From assembly GCA_963514005.1 (NCBI GenBank), contig OY740791.1, forward strand, positions 60,760,001 through 60,824,000: 64,000 nt of DNA, written 5' to 3'. Position numbers and translations under genes: made by a program. Position 1 is the first letter of the stretch, and every line of letters starts with the position of its first letter. Origin of the DNA: Raja brachyura (Eukaryota). This document shows positions 63,795-64,000 of this stretch, piece by piece. The notes beneath the pieces are model-generated. The model was given only the letters and a program-made list of their open reading frames with translations. It made no database searches and had not been told where the DNA came from.

Positions 63795-64000
63795 TAAAGA
63801 AGGAACTGCAGATGCTGGAGAATCGAGGGTACACAAAAGGCTGGAGAAACTCAGTGGGTGCAGCAGCATCTGAGGAGCGAAGGAGATAGGTGACGTTTTG
63901 GGTCGAGACCCTTCTTCAGACTGGTCAGGGATCAGGGAAACGAGAGATATAGACGGTGATGTGGAGAGATAAAGAACAATGAATGAAAGATGTCCAAAAA
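63795..64000 (-). mobile_element. Penelope-like element 3' end, runs off the window
   Basis: Tail, terminal unit and UTR nearly identical to 44246-44420. Confidence 0.85.

Noticed and set aside
54475-64000. Preceding DOCK2 exon (DFLMETF...VQNR)
   Set aside because: Not found by eye; probably beyond the right edge

Overview
Eukaryotic, repeat-dense vertebrate DNA. The repeat content (HE1/V-SINE-like SINEs, HER1/CR1-type LINEs, Rex1, Penelope-like elements) points to a cartilaginous fish, probably a skate or ray (inference). The whole window lies inside one minus-strand host gene, DOCK2 (DOCK-A family Rac GEF). I can place seven phase-compatible GT-AG exons (79, 101, 59, 149, 86, 157 and 41 nt; 672 nt, about 1% of the window), spanning the armadillo region into the start of DHR-2. 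The introns are a nested mosaic of CR1, Rex1, L1 and RTE retroelement fragments, tRNA-derived SINEs, 11 PIF/Harbinger-type MITEs, two hAT elements, two G-rich non-autonomous Helitrons and a probable solo LTR. The most unusual signal is about 20 copies of a ~95-130 bp Penelope-associated terminal unit carrying a minimal hammerhead-ribozyme-like core (CTGAAGA-stem II-GAAACGTH). It occurs as solo units, as asymmetric fold-back palindromes with a ~32-nt tail and 11-16 bp target-site duplications (TSDs), and at the 3' ends of GIY-YIG fragments. All calls were made by eye without database searches; exon coordinates are exact, many repeat boundaries are approximate.
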